A stretch of DNA of 64,000 bases from Malacoraja senta (taxonomy: Eukaryota), in contig CM075992.1 of the NCBI GenBank assembly GCA_038087875.1, positions 9,984,001 to 10,048,000 on the forward strand, written 5' to 3'. The notes below the pieces were generated by a model that ran no database searches, was not told where the DNA came from, and saw only the letters and a program-made list of their open reading frames with translations. The number at the start of each line of letters is the position of its first letter. Positions within the stretch are counted from its first letter, which is position 1. Of the stretch, positions 36,495 through 48,626 are shown piece by piece. The translations under genes were made by a program, and so were the position numbers.

Positions 36495-37185
36495 AATGCT
36501 GTTCCTCCAGTTTGCGTGTGGCCTCATGCTGGCAACGGAGGACACCCAGGACAGAAAAATATCAGTAGACTCAGCGACCATTGGATCTCCCGGTTGCTAA
36601 TCATTTTAACTCCTCTGACCTTTCTGTCTTGGGCCTCGTCTAATGAGGCCATACACAAACTGGAAGAACAGCATCTCATATTCCATTTGGGTGGCTTACA
36701 ACCCAATGGTATGAACATTGAATTTTCCAATTTTAGGCAACCAATTTCAAACCTGCCCCGCACCCCCTTCTTCCCCCCCTCCCCCTTCTTCCACCACCTC
36801 CCCTCCCCCAAACACCCTTCCCTGTGACCCGCCTGGGTGCACCCCCATTTCTCCCGTCCATTCCTTCCACCGATATTCCTTCCTCTGGCTTCACAATTCA
36901 CACTTCTATCCTAATCGCAGACCTTTTGTCTTGTCATCTCTGGCCTTTGTCCAACCATGTTGCCTATCAAAACCCCCTTTAGCTGTACCCACCTATCACT
37001 TTCCATGCTTTGTTCTGCCCCTCGTCTCTTCCAGGTTCCCACTCCATCATAATCGTTGCAGAAGAATTTAATGGTTCTATCTGGGACAAATAACAATAAA
37101 ATACTCTTGACTCGAGATATCACCTATCCATGTTCACCAGGGATGCTGCCTGACCCACTGAGTTACTCCAGCATTTTGTCTCTTT
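36495..37185. mobile_element. Penelope 3' fragment with inverted piece
   Basis: Encodes KLEEQHLIFHLGGLQPNGMNIEFSNFR and carries the pLTR. Confidence 0.75.
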
Positions 37186-37831
37186 TAAAGCTTATGGAAC
37201 TGTGATCACTATCCCCAAATGGCTCTTCCACTGAAACACCAGTCACCTGACCAAGCTCATTTCCGAATACCAGGTCCAGTATGGTCCGTCTACGAGTTGG
37301 ACTGTCCACATACTGTTTTAGGAAACCCTCTTAGATACACCTAACAATTCCTGCCTCGTTCCTGCCTCATTTTATATAAATAAGTCTCAGTCAATTGTGG
37401 TGATGTCTCTACCAACTCCAGTCCTTTCTGCGATGTCTGTGCACCTCTGCCAAACTGCATCAAAGTTCACAGCAATATAATCCTAAATCTGAACTGTAAT
37501 AAGACAATGCCGTATTCTAAAGTTTAAGTAATCAGATGAACTGACCCATCTCTCGGTCTGAAGGAGGGTATCGACCCCGAAACATCAACTATTCCTTCGC
37601 TCCATAGTGGTGCCTTACCCACTGAGTTTCTCCAGCATTTTTGTCTACCTTCCATCTCTCATCTGAGCTCACAGGAGAAAACAGGCTCCTAGACAAACTA
37701 TCAGCAACAGCTATACATCAGCAGGAGCCAGTGCTTTGGAACATGGGTTCTTAAGGGTATAGATGGCAAACTGGTATTGGTTTACAATTGTGTAAACCTG
37801 TGTACTGAGATACAATGTGAAACGTCATTCT

Positions 37832-38135
37832 AGGTGGCACGGTGGCGCAGAGGTAGAGGTGCTGTCTTACAGTGCAAGAGTCCCAGGTTCGATCCTGACT
37901 ACGGGTGATGTCTGTACGGAGTTTGTACATTCTCCATGACCATGTGGGTTTTCTCCCGGGTGCTCCGGTTTCCTCCCACACTCCAAAGACGTACAAGTTT
38001 GTAGGCTAATTGGCTTCTATAAAATTGTAAGTTGTCCCTAAAGTGTTGGATAGTGCTCGTGTACGAGGTGATCGCTGGTCGGCACGGGCCCGGTGGGCCG
38101 AGGGGCCTGTTTCCAGGCTGTATCTCTAAAGTCTA
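37832..38135 (+). mobile_element. V-SINE (HE1-like), full length
   Basis: ggtggcacggtggcgcag…ggttcgatcctgact, V-domain, and CR1-type tail. Confidence 0.88.
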
Positions 38136-39016
38136 AAGCATGCTATCCAGATAAATCATACCACACATGAATACAATCAAACCATAGACAAGTACAGCAA
38201 CTGGTGCTTCGTCACGAGAAATCGTGCAGATTATATTGTTACACCTGCAGATAACGTCCAGATAAAAAAGTGCAAGATCTGCAACGAGGTAGATTGGGAG
38301 ATGGGAATTGCATTCTTACGAAAGGTCCATTCAGTGGTCTGATAACAATGAGATAAGTTAACACATTTTTCATAGCATGCTATGAATTGCGAATTGACGT
38401 GGCTCAGATTTTACCGGCAAATGTCAGTTTTTAATAGAGCTGCTTACCCATCTAACAGGAAGCAAGTCTGAGGGTCGACAGTCTTAGAAAGTACCTAACA
38501 TAACATATGCTTTATAATGTCTAACCTGTCAATTGTGGGAGTCAAGTGGTAAAAGTATATCTTGCTGAACCACCCCACCATATATCCTGGGGAGCATTCA
38601 TGGCCTCTAAATTTCAAAAGTGTTTCTAGGGCTGGGAATTAAAATAAAGGGCAGTTGGGTTCGATTTTGTAAAAAAAAAAGATTAATATTTTTAATTATG
38701 TGCTTTGGTATTTTTGGCTATTTTATGAATAATTCAAAGCATTACTTGTTTACTTCAGTTGCTGTTGCTAAATGTCAGAGATATTTAAAAACTATGAAAT
38801 GATGTATGGAGCGGTGTATATTGGTGGGCGGCACAGGTGTCTTGTCTGCGGAGTTTGCATGTTCTCCCTATGACCACGTGGGTTTTCTCTGGGTGCTCCG
38901 GTTTCCTCACATACTCCAAAGACGTGCTTGTTCGTAGGTTAATTGGATTTGGTAAAATAGTAAATTATCCCTAATATAAAGGATAGCGTCAGTTATGTAC
39001 AGGGTGATTGCTGGTC

Positions 39017-40615
39017 AATAGACAATAGGTGCAGGAGTAGGCCATTCGGCCCCTCTAGCCAGCACTGCCATTCAATGTGATCATAGCTGATCATCCACAA
39101 TCAGTACCCCGTTCCTGCCTTCTCCCCATATCCCTTGACCAGGTTCTTTAAAAGCTCTATCTTTAAAAGCTCTGTCACTTGAAAGCATCCAGAGAACCAG
39201 CCTCCACTGCCCTCTGAGGCAGAGAATTTCACCGACTCACAACTCTCTGTGTGAAAAACGTTTTCCTCATCTCTGTTCTAAATGGCTTACCCCTTATTCT
39301 TAAACTGTGGCCCCTGGTTCTGGACTCCCCCAACATCGGGAACATGTTTCCTGCCTCTAGCATGTCCAAACCCTTAATAATCTTATATGTTTCAATAAGA
39401 TCCCATCTCATCCTTCTAAATTCCAGATACAAGCCCAGCCGCTCCATTCTATCAACATATGACAGTCCCGCCATCCCGGGAATTAACCTGGTGAACCTAC
39501 GCTGCACTCCCTCAATAGCAAGAATGTCCTTCCTCAAATTGGGAGACCAAAACTGCACACAATACTCCAGGTGTGGTCTCACTAAGGCCCAGTACAACTG
39601 CAGAAGGACCTCTTTGCTCCTATACTGAACTCCTCTTGTTATGAAGGCCAACATGCCATTTGCTTTCCTTACTGCCTGCTGTACCTGCATGCTTACTTTA
39701 ATTGACTGATGAACAAGGACCCCCAGATCCCGTTGTACTTCCCCTTTTCCCAACTTGACTCCATTTGGATAATAATTTGCCTGGATGTTTTTGCCACCAA
39801 AGTGGATAACCTCACATTTATCTACATTAAACTGCATCCGCCATGCATCTGCCCACTCACTCAACCTGTCCAAGTCACCCTGCATCCTCATAGCATCCTC
39901 TTCACAGTTCACACTGCCACCCAGCTTTGTGTCATCTACAAATTTGCTAATAATACTTTTAATCCCTTCATCTAAATCATTGATATATATTGTAAATAGC
40001 AGCCGTCCCAGCACCGAGCCTTGCGGTACCCCACTAGTCACTGCCTTCCATTCTGAAAGGGACCCGTTAATCCCTATTCTTTGCCAACCAATTTTCTACC
40101 ATGTCAGCACCATACTTCTAATACCATGTGCCCTAATTTTGCCCACAAATCTCCGATGTGAGGCCTTATCGAATGCTTTCTGAAAGTCCAGGTACACTGC
40201 ATCTACTGGCTCACCCTTGTCTATTTTCCTAGTTACATCCTCAAAAAATTCCATAATATTAGTCAAGCATGATTCCCCTTCGTAGTTCCATGCTAACTCG
40301 ACCGATTCTGCTACTGCTATCCAAATGTGCCGCTATTTCATCTTTTATAATTGACTCCAGCATCTTCCCCACCAACCGATGTCAGGCTAACTGGTCTATA
40401 ATTCCTTTCTTAAAAAGTGGGTTAATGTTAGCTACCCTCCAATCCACAGGAACTGATCCTGAATCTTTAGAACATTGGAAAATGATCACCAATGCATCTA
40501 CAATTTCTAGAGCCACTTCCTTAAGTACCCTGGGATGCAGACCATCAGGCCCTGGGGATTTATCAGTCTTCAGTCCCATCAATCTACCCAACACCATTTC
40601 CTGCCTAATGTGGAT
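39017..40615 (-). mobile_element. CR1/HER1 RT fragment inserted in a V-SINE
   Basis: ORF 39229-40041 encodes the RT C-half. SINE sequence lies on both sides (38823-39017 and 40620-40680). Confidence 0.92.
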
Positions 40616-41193
40616 TAATGTGGTCGGCACGGACTTAGTGACCGAAGGGGTTGTTTCCACGCAATATCTTTAAAGTCCAAAAGTAAAGCCTTAAAACTCT
40701 CATTGGTGGCAAATCAGAGGGACAGCTTGCTGTCGAAGCTCTTGCCAAGATCTTTTCAGAAACAAAGTCTTGCTGCTATTCAGGCTGCAGAGTGGATACT
40801 GCACATCTGCATCTGCTGAGTGAGGGCATGAGGCAATGAGACTGGTCCAGTAAGATATGGCACAGTAGATATGTTGCAGCAAATAAAACAACTGCAGATG
40901 TTGAAAATCTGAAATAAAATTGGAAAATGCTGCCAATACTTCACATGCTCGGCAGCATCTGGCGAAAAAGAGACAGAGTTGGCCTTTCAGATGACGGGGT
41001 CAAAGCCCCCGACATCTGAACTGATTTGTATTCTTTTATTTTTAGTTGGATGTTGTGAGGCTGTAGTTAGGTCCTGGGTTGAAAAAGAAAGCATCTGATG
41101 TGTTGGCTTTTAACCTCATGCTGATTCAATGAAATGTTCCATTCAATGAATGGAAAATATCTGATTCTAATTCCATAATTTCCTTTCATCTAG

Positions 41194-41293
41194 GAGTGCG
41201 AGATTTTATTTGTGAAACTTGTGGGAAATCATTCAAAAGGAAGAATCATCTTGAAGTTCATCGAAGGACACACACTGGGGAAACACCACTCCA
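41194..41293 (+). CDS. ZNF653: ZNF653 exon: ZF3 and TGETP linker
   Basis: Acceptor tcctttcatctag, donor CA|gtaagt. Encodes (G)VRDFICETCGKSFKRKNHLEVHRRTHTGETPL(Q), 100 nt, phase 1 to phase 2. Confidence 0.96.
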
Positions 41294-41484
41294 GTAAGTT
41301 TATTGTTCAAATGGGAAAGCAGATGAGTCATGTGCTTGTAGATTTATTCATGTGCCCTTTATTTGCCCGTAACGCATCACTTATAATCATAGAGTTACAA
41401 CATGGAAAGATTTGGAGGTCCAATTTGCCTATGCCGACCCAGTTGCCCCATCGACACTAGTCCCAGCTGCCTGTGTTTGGCCCA

Positions 41485-43996
41485 TCTATCTATATACTAG
41501 ACTAAGTGGGACCCGTTGGGTCCCATTGTCACGCGGGAGGCCTGGTCACCCAATGCAATATTCCACCACTCACGCATAGCCCCCAACTGCGCAGGCGCGG
41601 CTGACGGGTTCCCGTTGTGACGCCCCCGATCTCCCCTCCTCAACTCACCCCCCCACTCTGCCCCTTGCCCTTCCCCCCTCACGCACTCACTCCATCCCCC
41701 CCCCCCCCCATCAACTCTCAGTAGCTCTCCGGCGGCGCAGTCATTCCCGCCCATAGGGTTCCCATTGTGACGTAGAACACGCAGGTCTTACTGCGCAGGC
41801 GCAGCTGTCAGGCACGGCAAGTGGAAAAGGGATTTATTAAAGCTTAAAATGTGAATCTCTTAAAATATAACAACAATTTAAACGTTAAAGACAAGATTTA
41901 TTCAGTCCTTTCTTGTTGCGTCTCTTGTTGCGTTCTGCAGCCGGGGTAGGGGAATGGCTTCAGGCGGGGGCTTTCGGGGGCCGGTGGGGGAAGCGTCCTG
42001 CAGCCGGGGGAGGGGTATGGCTTCAGGCGGGTCCTGTCAGGGGCCGGTGGGGAGCGCAGCCGTGGCCTACTGCTCCCGCTCCCCACCGGCTTCAGGCGGG
42101 GACTGGTGGGGAGCATCCTGCAGCCTGGGACGGGGACGGCTCCCAGTCCCGGCCTCATGCAGCGGCTCCCGGCCCCGGCTCCGGCCTCACTCAGCGGCTC
42201 CCAGTTCATCGTCGTGATCGACGCAGACGCAGCCGTCACTCGCTCTCCACACTCTGCTCACTCCGCTCCTTCAGCTTTATTCTCCTCACCGCCAGTGATT
42301 GACAGCGGGTGCCGGAAGGGGCGTCGCCATCACGGCGAATGACAGTAAATAAAACCAATCTGCTGACAGAAGAGGAGACCAATCTGCACATACGTGGTTT
42401 TTACGATTTTTAAACCGTAATAACTTTTGTAATATTCCACCGATCGGTGCAAAACTTGGTGTACTTGCAGCACAGGAGAATGACGAGTAAGGTGGTGAAC
42501 AATTGTAGCGCTATCGGGTACTGTTCTTCCATCTGTGCAGGCAGTTAGCAGCTATGACATCACAATGGGATCTCATTTACATAAACTGTCCGTCAACAGT
42601 GTTCCACCCAGTGTAATGAGAGATTTGTTACATTATTGGAAGGAGAGGGAGGCAGTGGGGGAAGGGAGGAGGAGAAATGTTATTTACACAATGTGTTTAG
42701 TGGAGGAGTGGGAGAGGTGAGGAGTGGGGGAGCAGGGAGATAGAGGAAGAGGAGGGGGGTAAGGATGGGAGAGGGGTTATGGAGGGAGGGACAGAGTGAC
42801 ACGGTAGGGGAGAGGAGAGGAGAGGGAGGGAGATGTGATGGAGGGAGGGGAGGAGCAGACGGGAGAGAAGAGGGAGGGGAGGGAGAGTTGGGGGATGAGG
42901 GGAACTGAGCCGCGCCTGCGCAGTTGGGGGCTATGGTGAGTGGTGGAAAATTGCGTTGAGTGAACAGGTTGCGTTGGGGGAACGGGTGAGTGGTGGAAAC
43001 ATGTTGTGTTGGGGGAACGGATGAGTAGTGGAATATAGCGTTGGTGTAATAGGGCCCAATGGGTTAGGGGGGTAGGGAGGGGAGAGGGGTTATGGAGGGA
43101 GGGATGGAATGACAGGATAGGGAGTGACTGAGGGTAGGTGAAAGGAGAGGGAGGGTGTGGAGAAGAGGAGGGGGAGTGAGTGTTGAGGGATGAGGGGAAA
43201 TGAGTAGCGCCTGCGCAGTTGGGGGCTATGGGTGAGTGGTGGAATATTACGTTGGGGGAACGGAGCCCAATGGAACCCACTTGGTCTAGTATATTACTAA
43301 AACTCATCTTGTTTATCTGTCTGCGTGCCCATGTGATCCAGGAACTACGGCAAAACAGTATACGATAGCGCTACAATTTTTGGATCACCTTACTCTCAAT
43401 TGTCCTGTGGTGTGTTTTTAATCAAGTTTCATTCAGATTGATGTTATATTTTACAAGTTATTCCCATTTTCAACTTTACAACACCCCACTTTGAGAAAAA
43501 TCAATTGAAGTTGCAGTGGAAGTTAGCAGCTATGACATCACCATGGGATCTTATTTATATAAACTGCCCGTCAGCAGTGCTCCACCCGACAATGACATCA
43601 CAATGGGATCTCATTTACATTTTTTTTTAAACTTCCACCTCACAATGATATCAAGGGGGGTAGTGAGGGGAGAGGAGTTATGAGGGGAGAGAGGGAATGA
43701 CTGAAGGTAGAGAGTGACTGAGGGTAGGGGAAAGGAGAGGGAGGGAGTGGAGAAGGGGAGGAGGAAAGGGGAGAGAAGAGGGAGGGTGAAGAGGAGGGGA
43801 GGGAGTGTTGGGGATGAGGAAATGAGCCACGCCTGTGCAGTTTAGGGCTATGGGTGAGTGGTGGAATATTTGTGTTGAGGGAATGGGTTGCATTGGGCAA
43901 GAGGTGAATACTGGAAACAGGTTGTGTTGGGGGAATGGGTGAGTGGTGGAATATTGCGTTGGGGCAAAGGGGCCCAATGAGTCCCACTTGGTCTAG
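41485..43996. mobile_element. Composite non-autonomous Helitron (one inverted unit plus two direct units)
   Basis: A|TCTAT start and CTAG|T end. Hairpin/CTAG ends at 41497 (-), 43289 (+) and 43996 (+). The host repeat joins as tttggccca|tatcgctctaaacc. Confidence 0.82.
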
Positions 43997-44643
43997 TATC
44001 GCTCTAAACCTTTTGTATCCACATACCTGCCCAAATGCCTTTTAAATGTTGTTATAGTTCCTGGCTTCACTAGCTTCTCTGGCAGCTTGATCCATATACT
44101 CAACATGCTCTCTGTGAAACAGAGTTCGTCAGAGCAGATTCCTATTAAATCTTTCCTCTCTCACCTTAACTCTATGTCCCTTGGATCTTGATTCACCTAC
44201 TCTGTGTAAAATACTCAGCATCATCCCTATATATTCCCCTCATGATCTTAAACACTTCTATAAGATTACCCCTCAGGCCCCTGCACGTCATGGAGCCTAC
44301 CCTAACCAACCTGTACCTTTAGCTCAGGACCTCAATCCTGGCAATATCTTTGTAAATCTTCTCTGCACTCATTTAAGCTTAACAACATCTTTCCTATAGC
44401 AGGGTGATCAAAATTGATCAAATGTGGCCACACCAACGTCTTGTGCAAATGTAACTTAACATCCCTACCTCCATACTCAATACCCTGAGCTACCCTCTCC
44501 ATCCATCCCTCTCCATCCCTCCCTCTCCATCCCTCCCCCACTCAAGTCATGCTTTTCATTCTCACCTGGCAAACAGCTAACCATGGCCTGTTTCCTTTAT
44601 CATTGTTACTTTTCTGCATGTCTTTCATTCATTTGTTCTATAT

Positions 44644-45501
44644 TGCCCCTGTCCCACTTAGGAAACCTGAACGGAAACTTCTGGAGACCTTGCTCCCCAC
44701 CCAAGGTTTCTGTGAGGTTCCCGGAGTTTCCCGGAGGTTCAGGTCACTCTCCCTGATGGTGGAAAGTGGTTTCCGCGTAGTCGAGGCTTCTATGTTCCTG
44801 CGATTATTTCAAAAAAATCAAAACCGGCCTCGACTAAAAATAGGTTGCCGTTTGGTGGAAGCCAGTGGAGTGGGGTCGCTATTTACTTACAGGCAGTCGA
44901 AGGCAATCTCCTTTGCTGACCGGCCATTTTGATTGGCTCATTGGAGTTTTCAGCAAAGATCCTGTCGGATCTTAGGTTTTCAAGACCTAGAAGATCTGCC
45001 GGAAGATAAAATGCCCGCTAATTTTATTAAACTTCTTAAAACTGTCTCCACTCCTTCTCCCCGCTGTTCTCCCCCCTTCTCTCCCCTTCTCTCCCCTTCT
45101 CTCTCCCCCTCTCTTCCCCTTCTCTCTCCCTTTCTCTGTCCTTCTCTCCCCTTCTTTCCCCTTCTCTCCCTCCCTCCCGCACTCTCTAAAGGACTTACTG
45201 TGCTCTGTGGCAGCCGTTTACCTTCCTCTTCATCGCGCAGACAGCGCTCCTCCGCTGTCCCTGGCCCCCACCTTCGCGATGTGTTTGTGTGTGTGTGCGT
45301 GTGTGTGCGGTCGGTAGCAAAGATCCTATAGGATCTTTGATCAGTAGATGCAGCTCACGCTTCGGTCGAGGCTTTCCAGGCAAGTGAACAAAACCTCTGG
45401 AGACTCATGGAGCGTGCCCCGGAACCCAAGGGTTCCGTGCTTGGGTGGGGCGCAAGGTCTCCAGAGGTTTCCGTTCAGGTTTCCTAAGTGGGACAGGGGC
45501 A
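44644..45501. mobile_element. PIF/Harbinger-type MITE in a Penelope pLTR
   Basis: Long TIR TGCCCCTGTCCCACTTAGGAAACCTGAACGGAAAC at both ends. Flanks TAT/TAA give an imperfect 3-bp TSD. Contains internal CT-rich and (GT)n tracts. Confidence 0.85.
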
Positions 45502-46704
45502 TAACTCTCTACATCGTCGTCTATATCTCTCGTTTCACTTTCCCGTGACTTTCAGTGTGAAAAAGGGTCTCAACCCCAAATGTCACCCATTCCTTTTCTC
45601 CAGTGATGTTGCCTGTCCCGCTGAGTTAATCCAGCATTGAGTGTCTATCTAGAGCCTGCATTAGCACATGGGTTTCCGCCAGGTTCTCCACTTTACTCCC
45701 ACATTCCAAACATTGATGATAATCGTTAATTGGTTATCGCTAACTAGCAGTTGGCGTAATTAGCAAAGGAATCAAAAGGGACTGATAGAATGTGACATAA
45801 AATAATTTGCATGGCTAAAAGTAATTGTGGGGAGCAGAGTGGACTGATAACCTTTTTCTATTGGCAACTTCCATGGATGCATTTGGGCAAAAGACCACCT
45901 GGGTTCTCTTAGGTAACAGAAAAAATGCTTGCAATAATGGACGGGAACGCTTTCATTTTGCATCACAATACACATGGAGTGATGGAGTGATACACTGTGG
46001 AAACAGGCCCTTCGGCCCAACTTGCCCACACCAGCCAACATGTCCCAGCTACACTAGTCCTGCCTCCCAGCTTTTTGTCCATATCCTTCCAAACCTGTCC
46101 TATCCATGTACCTGTCTCACTGTTTGTTAAACATTGAGATCGTCCCAGCCTCAACTACCTCCTCTGGCAGCTTGTTCCGTACACCCACCACACATTGTGT
46201 GAAAAAAAGTTACCCCTCAGATTCCTATTAAATCTTTTTCCCTTCACCTTAAACCAATGTCATAGAGTCATGCAGTGTGGAAACTGGCCCATCTTGCCCA
46301 CGTCAACCAAGGTGCTCATATACACTAGTTCTACCTGCATGCATTTGACTCATATCCATCTAAACTACCCTATGCATGTACCTGTCCAAATATTTTTAAA
46401 ACTTTATGATAATACCTGCTTCCACTAATGGTAATTTCTTTCAAGATGGTGTAAGTGCTTAACGATTGTATACATTTCAATCATTGGGGTAAATTTCTGA
46501 ATCATAATCAACCATTGTGTTTTGTGTAAGCTGAAAAAGAAAGGAGTTTGTGTATTGGTAATATTTCACACGTGATCTAAGCTTCTGTTGGTTAAGTTGT
46601 GCAACAGTGAAGTAGGTGGAAAATATGGATAAAAAGGAACTGGGGATGATGGTTTACCAAATGCATGGGCAGAACAATGGTAAATAGGTAGCACCCTGGC
46701 ACCT

Positions 46705-47005
46705 GGCCGGCACAGTGCCGCTGCCTCACAGTGCCAGAGGACCAGATTTGAAGCTGACCTCGGATCCACTGTCTGTGCGGAGTTTGCATGTTCTCCCTCT
46801 GACCGTATGGTTTCCCTCCAGATGCTCTGCTTTCTCCTTCATCCCAAAGACCAAAGGTTTGTAAGTTAATTGACTCTGTAAATTGCCCTTAGTGTGTAGG
46901 TAATGGATGCAAAAGTGGGATTACATATAGTTAGTGTGAACCAGTGATTGATGGTCAGTGTGACACGGTGGGTCAAAGGGCTGCATCTCTAAACTAAACC
47001 AAAAC
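46705..47005 (+). mobile_element. V-SINE (older copy)
   Basis: Degenerate tRNA head, V-domain and tail. Confidence 0.7.
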
Positions 47006-47549
47006 TGCACTCTGTCGGCCAAGGCCTACTGGATCTCTCGTTTGATGCTAACCGTTTAAACTGTCCTTCACATTCCCATATCGAATTTTCCATCCTGGGT
47101 CTCCTCCATTGCCAGTGAGGCCACAAGCAAACTGGTGGAACAGGACCTTGTGTTCTGTTTGTGTTGGTTACAACCTAACGGTATGAACATTGAATTATCC
47201 AATTTTAGGTAACTACGTTAACGCCCCCCCATCATCCCCCACCTGAATGTGTGCCCATTTCACCCCTTCCCTTCCACCCATATACCTGTGACTGTAGAAT
47301 TCATATTTCTTCTATCCTTATCTCACACCTTTTGGCTTTTCAACTCTGGCCTTTGTCCAACCGTCTGCCTATCAACAGCCCCCCTCACTTGTATCCACCT
47401 ATAACTCGTCAGGCTTTGCCCTGCCCCTCCTCCTTTCCAGCTTTCTTCCCTCCCCTCCCCTCACCACAACCAGTCTAAACAATCACCCCATCACCTATAA
47501 GAATCACTTATCCATGTTCTCAAGAGATGCTGCCTGATCCACTGATTTA

Positions 47550-48189
47550 GAGGCCTGTCTCACGGGTTTGCGGTCATTGGCGGTGAAACAGGAAGTTTCT
47601 ACCGCTCGTGGACCGCCAGAGACTGCGGGGTCGGTCCAACGCACACCGCCGGGGCCGTGCGATGTAGGTCCCAACACCGCACGGTGCTCACAAAAAAACG
47701 ACAATATCGAAAAAACGTTTCCTACCGCACAGCCGCCGCCAGTGAGGCACGAGAGCGGCACGGGCACCGCCACAGCCGCCGCCAGTGCGGCACGAGCGCC
47801 GTTAGTCCAACTTTCACCGCCACAGCTGCCGCCAGTGAGGCACGTGTGCGTCACGGGCACCGCCACAGCGCCGCGATCACCACCAGCACCGCCACAGCCC
47901 CGCGAACCGAAATGACATCATCGCGTAGCGCGTCGCGTTGCGCGATGACGTCAACGCGTAGCGCGTCGCGTTGCGCGATGTCGTCATCACCCGACGCCGC
48001 AAGCTCGTGGAACCGGCCGGTTGGAGGTCACTCGGCCCCCGCGCAGCATCCGTGCGGCGCTCCCGCAGCATAGGCGGGGCGCTCTCGCGGTTGCCGTGCG
48101 GTCCCCTCTTCCGGCGACGCCGCGCGGTCCCCTCTTCCGGCGACGCCGCACTTCACCGCCAATGACCGCAAACCCGTGAGACAGAGCCT
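47550..48189. mobile_element. CpG-rich PIF/Harbinger-type MITE
   Basis: Inverted arms ctgtctcacgggtttgcggtcattggcggtgaa with TTA TSD. It interrupts pLTR ccactga-tta-ctccagc. Confidence 0.85.
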
Positions 48190-48626
48190 TTACTCCAGCA
48201 CTTTGTATCTTTTTGTATGAGAAAATATGCCAACTTTCCAATTATCTTTGATACCGTTGTCCTGGAGCCCAAATAAAAAATAATTTAAAATTAGATAGAA
48301 GACAGAAAATTGGCATGGCTATTGGCAATTGGCTATTGGCTATTGTAATTTTCTGCTTCAAACTGCTTTTTGCAGATAATGTAGCTAAAGAAGAGAATGT
48401 AGCGTGACAATGTTGTTGGATGTTCTCGAATTATTATTGTGGAGCCTGCTGGAAAACATTGTGTCCTATTAATAACTGATACCCTGAGGTTTTTCTGTGT
48501 GGGCAACTCATTGTATTTGAAAGAGCTCAGTGTACTAGTAATCTTGACAAACTGGATTGTCCTTGTTAAAAATGTAATTGCTGCTGAATTAGAGAGAGTT
48601 GAACATGTTAAACTTGTCATAGAACT

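Noticed and set aside
47504..48241. Overlapping GC-rich ORFs suggesting a gene or CpG-island promoter
   Set aside because: They lie within a TIR- and TSD-bounded MITE; open frames reflect GC content.
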